DNA of 63,030 bases, the filler included, from Hyphochytrium catenoides (taxonomy: Eukaryota > Protista > Hyphochytriomycota): NCBI GenBank assembly GCA_900088475.1. It is 10 parts of 10 records of this genome, joined end to end, with 100 filler letters (N's around TTAATTAATTAA, not from the genome) between each part and the next. Parts side by side here need not be neighbours in the genome. Positions count along the whole stretch, not along the records: positions 1 to 15,935 come from FLMG01002433.1; 9 more parts are not named here. One strand, written 5' to 3'. A model generated the notes under the pieces. It saw nothing but the letters and a program-made list of their open reading frames with translations. It had not been told where the DNA came from and made no database searches. A program made the position numbers and the translations under genes. The number at the start of each line of letters is the position of its first letter. Within the stretch, counting starts at the first letter, position 1. Below are positions 1 to 11,463 of the stretch, piece by piece.

Positions 1-232
1 AGAGAGAGAGAGAGAGAGAAAGGGAAAATTTATCGCGAGGCAGCCTACGCCTTTTATAGCCCGACAAAGAGACAGGAAAGGAAGGGGCAGAGAGAGGGAG
101 AGGGAGAGAGAGAGTGAAAGGCAACAGCAGAGGACTGAGGGAGAGGGAGAAGAGCGAGGACCATTGCAGGAAGAGCAGAAAGAGGAGAGGGACAACAGAG
201 AGAGAAGACGGAGAGACGGGAGAAGGAGAAGA

Positions 233-1075
233 ATGAGAAGAGAAGGCTCCTTCTTTCTTATCAGTCTCTCTCTTTCTCTTCTCTCTGCTGCTGCTGCTGC
301 CGCTATAATAGCTCTAGCCTATAGACCAGGGAAGAGAGAGAGACCCACGGACACGAAAGGAAAGGAGAAAACAGCTGGAAAGGCGAGGAAAGAGAATGCG
401 GCGGGAGAGGAGAGAAAGCAAGAGAGAGAACCCAATGTCCAGGAGCTCAAGACAGAACTGGAAGAGACAAAGAAAAAGGTCTCTGATTCCTCCCTCTGCC
501 CATCTCCGGTCTTCAGTCCCTCTTTCCCTCGGTTTCTGCTCTCTCTCTCTCTTTTTCTCTCCCTCTCTTTTTCTCCCTCTCAGTTTCTGCTCTCTCTCTC
601 TCTCCCTCTTTTTCTCCGTCCTTCTCTCCCTCTCTTTTTCTCCCTCTCTTTCTCCGGTCGTTCTTTCTATCTCTCTTTTCTTTTCTCCCACCCCCTGACT
701 TTCCTTCTCTTTCCTTGTTCCCTCTTTCTCTCTCTCTTTCCCTTTCTCCACCCTGCCTCTTTCTCCCTCTGTGGGTCTGTGGATGCATATGTCTCTCTCT
801 CTCTCAGACAGTACACCGCATACAGCATACGCCCCTCTTACTATCTTTGCTGGATTCTCTCTCTCCGTCGCTCCCTCTCTTTCTCTCTCCTTGTGTCTCT
901 CTCTGTCTCTCTTCTCATCCTCCCCCTCTCTCTCTCTCTCCGCCCCTCTCTCTCTATCATCCATCAGGTGGCAGCATACGCTGTGGAGCTGCAAAGCGTA
1001 GAGCAGAAGAGAGTTCAGGAAAGAGCTGGCAGGATCTCAGCGGAAAGAGTAGGAAGAGCCTCCTTCTCTTGTCTT

Positions 1076-1109
<34 letters not shown>

Positions 1110-1211
1110 GCGCGCTTCGTCACTTCCTATTTCGTCTCTCTCTGTCCTTATCAATTCCTCTCTCTCTCCTTTCTCCTCTTCCTCTCTCTCTCTCTCTCTG
1201 TGTCTCTCTGT

Positions 1212-1242
<31 letters not shown>

Positions 1243-1340
1243 GGGTCTCTCTCTCTCTTACTTTTGTGGGCACGCCGCTCCTCGCTTTCGTCTCTCTCAC
1301 TCTCTTGTCGCGCTTCTCTGTCTCTATCGTCTGCCAACAG

Positions 1341-1377
<37 letters not shown>

Positions 1378-2024
1378 TTCTCTCTCTCCCTCTTTGGTTG
1401 CAGGAGCTTTCCTCTGTCTTGCAGCGCCATCTCTCTCTCTCCTCTCCAGGGCAGATTCTGGTCCAGCAGCTCGGGAGAGTGCGCTCACCTTTCAAGAACT
1501 GTCTGGGGACCCCGAGACAAGGAGCTTTAGCGCCTTCTACAAGGGGAAGGTAGTTTCCTCTCTCTCTCTCTCTCTCTCTTTCTCTCTGTCTCTGTCTCTC
1601 TCTCTCTCTCTCTTCCCGCCCCATCTCTCTTTGTCTTCTTTGTGTCCCCCCTCTCTCCGTCTCTCTCTTCCCGCTCTCACTCTCTCTCTCTTCTGGCTCT
1701 CTTTCTTCCTCTCTCTCTCTTTTTCTCTTTATTCTCATCCTCCCTTCTCTGCCTGTGTGTGTGTCTCTCTCTCACAATTTCTCTCTCTCTCTCTCTCTTT
1801 CTCTCACTCTTGCTTTTTCAGGATCGAGTTCTTCTCCTTTGTCTCTCCTGAGTGTTTGGATGGCTTGGAAGGTTTCTCCCATCTTTGGATTCTCTTTCTC
1901 TTTCATTTGAACACAAACGCAGCGACGCAGCTGAGATCAGCCGCAGAGAGAGGCACCAAAGAGGGACAAGGGACACCCTTCACCTTTCCGGTAAGGAAAG
2001 GAAAAGGAAAAGGAAGACAAGAGA

Positions 2025-2059
<35 letters not shown>

Positions 2060-2960
2060 CAGAAAAGCTAGTGGGGAGGTAAAGAAGGTTCTATTTTGCC
2101 ACCAAGAGTAAGGGAAGAGACAAAATTTACTGGAGAGGGGAAGAAGTAGTAGAGTGATTATAGACAAGCTGCTCTAGATTCTCTCTCTCCCTCTCCGCAA
2201 TTCTCTTTCTCTCTTCTATCTCTCCCTTCTCCTCCCTCACTGCCTCTTCATTTTTACCTCTCTCTCTCTTCGCACGATATTTGCCCTCTTCCTCCGTCGA
2301 GACTTCAGACGCATCTATCTCCCCATTTCATCTCTTTTTGACTGCGGTCTCTTTCTCTTCTCACGTTCTCTCTCTTTCTCTCCATTTCATTTCCTTCTTT
2401 CTGTAGTCAAAAGTCTCTCCTCCATTTCTCAAGAAGAGAGTCGGCATCTTCTCCACGCGGACCCCTCACCGTCCAAACCCCATAGGAATCACACTCGCCA
2501 AAATAGAAGCCGTGGACAAAAAGAAGAGAACGGTGTCTCTCTCGCTCTCTCTCCCTTTCTCATCACTTTCTTTCTCATTTTTCTCTCTTCTCACTCTCAC
2601 TCTCTCCCTTCTCTTTTCTCAAATCTCCCTCTTTCTTTCTCTCACTCTCCTTTTCTCCTCTCTCTCTTTCTCATCTTTCTCTCTCTCTCTTCTTTTCTCA
2701 TCTCTCTCTTACTCATCTTTCTCTCTCTCTTCTCTTCTCATCTCTCTCTTTCTCATCTTTCTCACTCTCTCTCTCTCTCTTTCTCTCATTTTCTCCCCAG
2801 CCTCACTTTGTCTCGCTAAGACCTCATGTCTTCTCTTGCTCTCTTGTTTTCACTGTTTTCCCTACCAAAGTCACGTAATTTCTCCTGTCTCTCTCTAGTT
2901 CTCTTCCTCTCTGTCTTGCTCACTAACTTCTATCTCTTTCGTTCACACGCTCCTCCCCCA

Positions 2961-3014
<54 letters not shown>

Positions 3015-3248
3015 TACTCTGTGCCCAGGTCTATATCTCTGGCTTAGATTTGGTAGAAGGCACTCCTGTTCTCGATATCAAGCCCTACGTCCACGGTACT
3101 CCTGCCATGACTTCTTTCCTCTTTTTTACCTCGTACCTACCGCTCTCTTTGGCTCTCTCTCTGTTTCTATCTTCTCTCTTCAAACAGCACTGTCTCCTGT
3201 CTCTCTCTCTCCCTCTCTCTCTCTCGCTCTCTCTTTCTCTCTCTCTCT

Positions 3249-3290
<42 letters not shown>

Positions 3291-3675
3291 TACTCTTTCT
3301 CTCTTTTTCTTTTTCGTTCATTTTTCGCTCTCTCTCTCTCTCACACTCCCCGTGTTTCTCCTCCCTCTCTTTCTCTCTCCCTCTCTTTCTCTCTCTCTCT
3401 CTCTCTCTGGACTAGCATACGATGCGGTTGGAGACGCTAGTGTGCCCTCTTGGATAGAGGAGGGCGTCCCTTCTCGCAGGTACCTCAGGACTATCCATTG
3501 TTCTCTCTCTCTCTCATCTCTCTCTTTATTTCTTTCTCTTTCTCTCTTTTTGTATCTTCCTTTCTCCGCCCTTCTCTCTTTTTTCTACGAGTCCTGTTCC
3601 TATACGTCTCTGTAAGGGTATCGCCATTTGGAAGCCGTATCATTTTCTATCTCTGCTCTCTTTACCATCGATTTT

Positions 3676-3715
<40 letters not shown>

Positions 3716-4321
3716 TATATCCTATCTCTCGCTCGCACTCTCTCTGGCTCTGTCTTCTTTCTCGCTCTCTCTCTTTCTCTCTTGCTCATATCTCTTAGTC
3801 TCTTCACTCTCTACTTCTCTCTCTCTCTTTCGAAATGGGTTACATCAAAAAAGGGGCTAATACCTGCGCTCTTCCTCGCCTCTTTCTCTCTCTCTCTCTC
3901 TCTCTGTGTCGTTAGGAATGTCACCTTCTCTCCTGAGGCAGAGAAGCAACTGCTGTCTCTCTCTCTCTCTTCTTCCTCTTCATTTCCCTCTCCCTCTGTC
4001 CTTCTCTCTGCGGTAAGAGAGGTTCTCTCTGTGGATGTGAGGAGCAAAGATCAGGAGAGAAAAGCCAAGCTCTCTCTCTCTTCTCTTCCCTTCGATGACA
4101 TCCTTGTTAGGTTTAAAACTATGGAGAATGGTGATGTGCGGGTGGAAAGTGTGGAAGAGAGAGAGAGAGAGACAGAAGGAGAGACCAGGGAACGGAAAGA
4201 GAGAGAGAGAGAGAAAGAAAGAGAGATACCCGAGGAAGCAGCGGGAGTGGCCTCGGATGGGGGAGAGAGAGAGAAAGTGGAGCAAGACAGGGGCAAAAAT
4301 TTGGGGAGTGAGAGGGAGTGA
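233..4321 (+). CDS. TRMO: tRNA (adenine(37)-N6)-methyltransferase TrmO/TsaA; 8 exons: 233-478, 968-1048, 1404-1549, 1822-1990, 2407-2532, 3029-3095, 3416-3479, 3916-4321
   Basis: Phase-consistent GT-AG joins rebuild the family motifs LGRVRSPF..GTPRQG, LDGLEGFSHLWILFLFH, GIFSTRTPHRPNPIG, GLDLVEGTPVLDIKPY and YD....A.VPSW. The ATG at 233 is followed by a hydrophobic segment and a coiled-coil-like region. Confidence 0.93.
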
Positions 4322-4624
4322 GGCCAATTGGAAAGAAGAGAGAGAGAAAGAAAGAGAGAGAGAGAGACAGAGGAAAAGAGACAGAAAAGCTATGAGAGAG
4401 AAACGATTCAGGACAGAACGACCATGCTGGTTAGGACATTCCCTCTCTCCGCCTCAGAGACAGACCGATTAAGCGAAACCAAAAGAGAGAGAGAGAGAGA
4501 GAGAGAGAAAGAAAGACAGAGAGAGAGAAAAAGAGAGAGAGAGAGAAAGAGAAAAAGCTTCTCGTCAGAAATATATCCATTATCCTACTATAATATAAAC
4601 GGAAAGGATCTTCTCATTTCTCCC

Positions 4625-5022
4625 TTACGCCTTGACTTCCTCCGTTATCAAGGAAGGAGAGAGAACGCCGGGGGGAGAGAGAGACACCGTGGCTTCAGGA
4701 GAGAGAGAGAGAGACGGCTCTGGAGTAACAACAGTCACTTCAGGAGAGAGAGGAGAGACGAACGTAGGGATGCCCTGGACTTGCAGCAATAATCTATGGC
4801 GATAGAGAGGGCGCGGGCGGTTGACGACGAGAGGATGCTCGCAACGAGAGAGAAACGTCTCATAAACGGCCTTTCTCTTCTCTCCTGGCGGGCTTCGAAG
4901 TAGAGCAAGCTGTGTCTCTTCACATTGAGAGAAAGAGAGAAGCAATTGAGAGAAAGAGAGAAGAGACGGAACGACAAAGCTTTCCCATAGCTGCTCACTC
5001 CTGTTTGCGTTAGAAGAGGGAC

Positions 5023-5083
<61 letters not shown>

Positions 5084-5264
5084 AGAGAGAGATACGTCAA
5101 GACTCTTGCTGTTTAAAAGAAGGCGGAAGCGGAAAGGTGAAAAATGAGGAAGAGGAGAGAGGAGAAAGAAGGAGAGAACGCGGGCAGAGTACAACTTATG
5201 TGAAGAAGAGAAGTCTCCCGCTGCCAATTTTGACACCGGTCGGGGATAAGTGAGAGAGAGAGAG

Positions 5265-5296
<32 letters not shown>

Positions 5297-5771
5297 AAAA
5301 AAAAGAGAGAGACAGAGGGAAAGAATGACAGAGACGGAGAGATAGGGAGAGAAGGAGGGAGAGAGAAGAGAGGTACAGAGAAAGAAATGAGCAAAAGAAA
5401 GAGAGGACGAGAGGGGACAACAGAAGAGAGAGAGAGAGAGAAAGAGAAAGGCGTCATTCCCTTCCGTACCTGCTCACAGGAGTCGACCTGGTCATCACTT
5501 CTTTTCCTCTGAGATGCTCAATCAGTTCTCCCTCTTTAGATCCCAAGAGAAAGAGATAAGTCTGCAGCTGGAGCACGTCCCAGACGGAGAGACCAGGAGA
5601 GAAACCCTTGATCCTGTTCTTCACTTCCACCACTTTCTCTCCTGTTTTCCCATCGATTCTCCCTCCCACGCCGATTGTCTTTCCTTCCAGTTCTCCAATC
5701 TTCTCAACAAAGAATGTGAGGTTGGAGTCTGTCACCGCTTTTGAGGTGGCCTGCAAGAGGGAGGGAGAGAG

Positions 5772-5818
<47 letters not shown>

Positions 5819-6124
5819 AGGGAGAACAAAGAGAGAGAGAGAGACCGACGGAGATCAGTAAAAAAAAGAGACCGCGCTAAGACATAGGTGCATTGACACT
5901 GATAGGGCGAGAGGGACAGAGAAGAAAGGGAAAAGAGAGAGACTGAGAGACGGAGAGAGAGAGACAGAGAGAGAGAACTGTAAACAGGTAGAGAACTAAA
6001 CAGTGGACCAGAGGAGGTGATGCAAGGGAGACAAAGGCATGCATGCCAGTTCTCTTTCCTTTCTCCCCTTCGCCTCAACTCCCTGTTGATGCCTTTCTTC
6101 CCTTCTATCTCTCTTTCCCATCTT

Positions 6125-6177
<53 letters not shown>

Positions 6178-6371
6178 CTCTCTCTTTCTTGGCGGTCATA
6201 CCTTCTCATAGTGCTTGACGGCTTTGCTCTCCATTGTGTTTCCGTAGGCGAGACGAAGAGAATGTTCCACTTTGCCTTTGAGTTCTTTCCTGACCGCGCG
6301 GGAGACAGAAGGCAGCTTCGCAATTTTCGCAGTCACTCCGGTCTTTAGCTGACTCAACTATAAAAAGATAC

Positions 6372-6406
<35 letters not shown>

Positions 6407-6574
6407 AAGAGACAAAAACAGATATAGGGAGAGAGGGGAGACGGGGAGCAAGGGAAAGAGAGATAAAAGGGTGAGCGAGAGCGCTTGAGGGAGAGTAAGA
6501 TCGAGAGAGAGAGACACACAGAGAGAGAGAGAGAGAAGAAGAGAGAGAGAGAGAGAGAGAGAGAAAGAGGCACA

Positions 6575-6619
<45 letters not shown>

Positions 6620-6885
6620 ACATCTGCGGTCCTGTCAATGGTAGCCACGGAGGTCTTGGCAGCTTCGAGACTTTCTTGGATGCCATATTCTTCAATCAAA
6701 CGGTCCAGGCGCTCTTCCTAGAGAAGCAGAGTGAGAAAGAGAATGCCGGAAGAGAAAAGAGAGAGAGATTGTAAGTTAGCAGTAGGAGAGAAGCGCTAGA
6801 CTCACCTACAACGAACAAGAAACGAAGGGTACCAGCTCTCTCTCTCTCTCTCTTTTGTGTGTGTCTCTTTCTCTCTCTCCTCTCT

Positions 6886-6951
<66 letters not shown>

Positions 6952-8229
6952 ACACACACACTCCCCCTTTCTCTCTCTCATTCTCTCTTTCTCTCACTCT
7001 CTCTCTCTCATTCCTCGTGAACTCCGCTGCTTGTCTGTACCTTCGATTCTGCCAGACCTCCTTCCTTTTTGATAGTCGCCTTACGCGCTGCGCCATGGAG
7101 GGAAGGAAAGATGAGCGAGAGCTGCCAGATGCTGTCTTTTCTTCTCTCTCTCTCTCACTCTCTCTCTCTCTCTTTTTTAGTTTTCTTCTAGCGTCAACCT
7201 CTTCGTTCTGATGTCTTTCTCTCCCCTTTTAACGCTTCCGTTCTATTCTCTCTTCTCTTCGTCCCGAGGGAACTCTATAGTCTCCATCTACAATGTTCAA
7301 CGCTTCTCTCTCTCTCTCTCTCTCTCTCTCTTCTTTTTGCTCTCTTCTTTTGTTTCTAGCTTACTTATCTCTCTCTTTCTCTTTCTCTCTCTCTCTCTCC
7401 CTTACCTCTGTACTGGTGCCTGAAAGAGAGACTCCACTTCTTCATCAGGATCTCTTCTATGGGCTTGAACTTGGTCGGGGCGACAATGTAAGGCAACTCT
7501 GAGGCAAAGAAGGTGATGTCGTGCTTTCTCAAGAGAGACACGTCCCCCGACGGAGAGCCAGAGCGTTTTTTTGGTCTCTCTCGGCGAATTGGTGCTAGGG
7601 AGAGAGAGAGAGAGAGAGAAAGAAGAGAGANNNNNNNNNNNNNNNNNNNNNNNNNNNNNNNNNNNNNNNNNNNNNNNNNNNNNNNNNNNNNGAGAGAGAG
7701 AGAGAGAGAAAGAAGAAAGAGAGAGAGAGAGAGAAGAAAGAGAGAGAGAGAGAAGAAAGAGAGAGAGAGAGAGAAGAAAGAGGGAGAGAGAGAAGAAAGA
7801 GAAAGAGAGAAAGTGTGTGAGAGAGGGAGAAAAAGAGAGAGAGACGGAGAGAGCAGGATGGAAAAGCAACGAACACCAAACGACAGAGAGCGAGAAAAGA
7901 GAAAATAAGAGAAGAAAGAGAGAGAGACAAAGAAAGAGAGAGAGGGTGTCCATATAACCTACTGGCCAATGAAAGCAGATGAGCATAAGTCACAAGATAG
8001 AAAGGTCTAAAAGGACCAAGTTCTAATCTCTTATCATCATCTTCTCTCTCCCATGTCTCTTTCTTTCTCTCTTTCTCTCTCTTCTCTCTCCCTTCATCCT
8101 CTTCTTATATTGAGCTTACTCACCTTCTTTCCTGACTGGCTGCTCTGAAGAGAAGGCGCGGCTCCCCAGAGAGACAGCATTGCGTTGAGAGAGAGAGGAA
8201 GGGCGGAGGAAATGCCGCCTACAGATCAT
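4625..8229 (-). CDS. YqaJ-like / lambda-exonuclease-type PD-(D/E)XK nuclease with predicted mitochondrial presequence; exons 8229-8124, 7594-7406, one unresolved small exon, 6717-6622, 6357-6202, 5750-5470, 5000-4625
   Basis: The spliced translation contains FASELPYIV..TKFK...EILMKKW, YGNTMESKAVKHYE, GRIDG, VVEVKNR and VLQLQTYLFLL, matching the YqaJ motif order (ASE, G...E..A...YE, DG, ExK, QxQxY). The N-terminus is MICRRHFLRPSSLSQRNAVSLGSRAFSS. Confidence 0.78.
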
Positions 8230-8236
8230 CCTTCCG

Positions 8237-8282
<46 letters not shown>

Positions 8283-8580
8283 ACGAGCTTGACCAGAAAG
8301 ACAATCGTTAACGAGGGAGAAAGACGGCAACTCGCCGGCGGCAAGCGCTATCGGCGACCAAGAGCAAGAGGGAGAGAGAGACGTGGAAGACAGAAAGAGA
8401 GAGAGAGACCGGGGAGAGAGAGGGAGAGAGAGAGAAGAGATTGAGGGCAGGGAGACCAGGCAGGAATCTCCTGCAAACTCAATCACTTCTTGATTTTCAG
8501 GCAAGCCATGGATGAGTTGAATGTGATGGCAGACGGAGACGTCAGAAATATGAGAGAAAGAGAGCGAGAGAAAGAGGAAG

Positions 8581-8629
<49 letters not shown>

Positions 8630-8710
8630 GGAGGAGAGAGAGAGAGAGAGGGAAACGAGTCCATAAGTGAAGGAGAATGAGACAGAAAAGTCCACAGTCA
8701 AGCAAGCTCT

Positions 8711-8850
8711 CTACAGTATGCGAGACAGAGCCATATATAACTGTCCATGGCTAATTACAGACTGAGGCGTTAGAGAGGAAATAATCGAGACAGAGTGTGA
8801 GAGAGATATTGGAGAGGCATGAGAAAGCGACGGTTTGCCTTGGTGGCTGG
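8711..8850 (-). pseudogene. Relic of a PIF1-family / Helitron helicase C-terminal motif
   Basis: Translates to PQSVISHGQLYMALSRIL*, matching the PIF1/Helitron signature VFSHGQLYVALSRV. No other helicase motifs are recognisable and the frame is short. Confidence 0.55.
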
Positions 8851-9206
8851 CGGGAATGGGTGGAGACAGAAAAATGCCCGGCTGGACCCCCGTGACTAAC
8901 ATTATCTATAGGTTAATCTACCTAACATTATCTATGGTCTTGGTATTCCTCACGGTTGGTACGCCACACAGGACGAACAAACTACAGTACAGGAACAACG
9001 CACATCCTCTCCTGTAGGAGTCGGTAACGCTAATCAGTACGACAGTTTGTCTGATCTATCTCTAGTATAATGTATGAGGTATTGGTGTTGTAGGGACTGT
9101 ACAGAAGAGAACACAACTTCATGATGATTTGAGCTTTGTTATTATTATTCATGAATTTCTCCTCCTCCTCTCTCTTTCTTCTGTCTTTCTTCTCTCTCTT
9201 CTCCCT

Positions 9207-9290
<84 letters not shown>

Positions 9291-9635
9291 TCTCTCTCTC
9301 CCTCTTTCACTCTCTCTCTCTCTCTTTTTTTTCTCGCTCTCTCTCTCTTCTCTCTTTCTCCCTCTCCTTTCGTACTCCCCACTTCTCACACTCACAATCA
9401 GTTTCTCGGCGCTTCTGCACATCATCTTCTCATGCATTCTCTTCTCTCCCTCTCTATCCCCTCTCTCTACATTAACGACTTCTCTCTCTCTTTTCTTGTT
9501 CTTCATTATCTCTGCACGTTTTATTGTGCCCTCGTGCTATTCTTCTCCATATCTTTTCTTCCGCTTTTATGATTCTTATCTTCTTCTCCTAGATCAAGGA
9601 CATGTGTATCAGGGGAGAGAGAGCACGAGAGGGAA

Positions 9636-9668
<33 letters not shown>

Positions 9669-9857
9669 GAGGAAGTTACTCTTCTTTCCACTTGTTTTTG
9701 ATCAGCCGGGATGGCATTCTTTTCCTCAACTTCGCAAGTGTTTCTGTTTTGCAGAAGAGAACGTCACACCCTAAGACACAAAAGGGAAGGAGGAAGACGA
9801 AGGGGAAGCCATCTGAACAGCGTGAAGCAGAACAGCGAAGAGAGGAGGAACAGGGGA

Positions 9858-9918
<61 letters not shown>

Positions 9919-10196
9919 TTAGAGTATACGTTGGACCTTAGCCACACTATGGTTAGAATAGATATTATAGGCCATTCATTGCCCGCAAAATCGGTGGCAC
10001 CTCAAACTCGCGAGGACGGGCTCCGTCTCTTCTCTCTTGGACACAACCCTTCTTCCCCTTTCAGCTTACGCTGCTGGGTCAGTCTACCACTCTCTCTCTC
10101 TCTCTCCCCCTTTTCTCGCTTCTATCTTTCTTCGAGACTTTTCATTCTATGGATCCTGGACCCTCAGGTCATGTGCAACTCCGATTGTCATACCAT

Positions 10197-10238
<42 letters not shown>

Positions 10239-10255
10239 TACTCTCTCCCAGTGCT

Positions 10256-10501
10256 TCACGTTCCCTTGCTATCTGTCTCTTTCTGGTCGTCTCCGAGTGT
10301 TTCGTTTAGATTGATTGACTGCTTTCTTTCTTTCTTCTTCTTCTTCTTCTTCTCAACTTTAGTTTTCTCTTCTGATTCTGTGAACAGATCTCCCTTTCTA
10401 GAGATGAGCTGTAAGATCTCTTGGGGACAATGTGTGAGAAATCTTAGCACTTCCAGGTACTCGCGGCCTGAGAGAGGGAGAGAGAGAGGGAAAGAGAGAG
10501 G

Positions 10502-10550
<49 letters not shown>

Positions 10551-10721
10551 ACAAGGTGTCTCTGAGAGAAAGATGGATTCTGTCGGAAGGGAGAGAGAGT
10601 CAGAAGAGGAGAAAGAGAGCGACATCGACAGAGAAAAGAGCGCACTTCGAGAGGGGAGGGAACTGGACGTAAGGAAAGGAAGGAAGAAAGAAAAAAAGAA
10701 AGAAAGAAAGAGAGAGAGGAA

Positions 10722-10775
<54 letters not shown>

Positions 10776-11206
10776 CAGAGAGAGAGAGAGAGGAGAGAGA
10801 GACAGAGAGAGAGAGACAGAGAGAGAGAGACAGAGATGTCTAAACGTAAGGGCAACAAAGGGAGAGGGATGGCGGAGAGAGGGAAGTGAGGTCGGCAAGA
10901 CAACTAAATCGAGGCTCCGGCAGGAGACTGTAATAGAAGAAAAGAGAGGAAAACGGCAGAGAGAGAGGCACAAAGCAGGAGCAAGAGAGAGAGAGAAAGA
11001 AAGTGGAGAAGAGAGAGAGAAAGAGAGAGAGTGCAACCTTCTTTAAGGAGCTCGTCCTGTCTCTCTGGCAGTACATTTCTATTGAATCGAAATACCTCTG
11101 CCACGTTCGCCTTCATCTTCCGTCTCACCATGGGAGAAGGATAGCGGCGAGACTCTACTAAGAAGTCACGATAGAGAGAGAGAGCCGCAATCCTAGACCG
11201 AGACAT
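10256..11206 (-). CDS. LYR-motif (Complex1_LYR) protein; exons 11206-11038 and 10467-10256
   Basis: MSRSRIAALSLYRDFLVESRRYP...VAEVFRFNRN...ELLKEG|REYLEVL shows the LYR tripeptide, the downstream conserved F and the third helix. The phase-1 GT-AG intron joins cleanly. Confidence 0.8.
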
Positions 11207-11394
11207 CTCTCCTCTCTCTCTCCGTCTCTCTCTTTTCTCTCTTCACGATGCTTCCTAGTCGTCTCTTCCACTGGAGCTCACCAGTTTCTGCGGAGAACAC
11301 GGCCCTTCCTCGGTCGAAACACTTTCTCTCTATCACTTCCTGCGTGCTGCCTTCTGATGGGTGATGGACAATTATTGACAGACAAGAGGAGCGA

Positions 11395-11463
<69 letters not shown>

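Noticed and set aside
6804-6810. Stop-codon reassignment (TAG read as sense) to explain the nuclease junction
   Set aside because: Other genes here end at TAG (lipocalin, UBL), and the long PRP8 exons contain no in-frame TAG or TAA.
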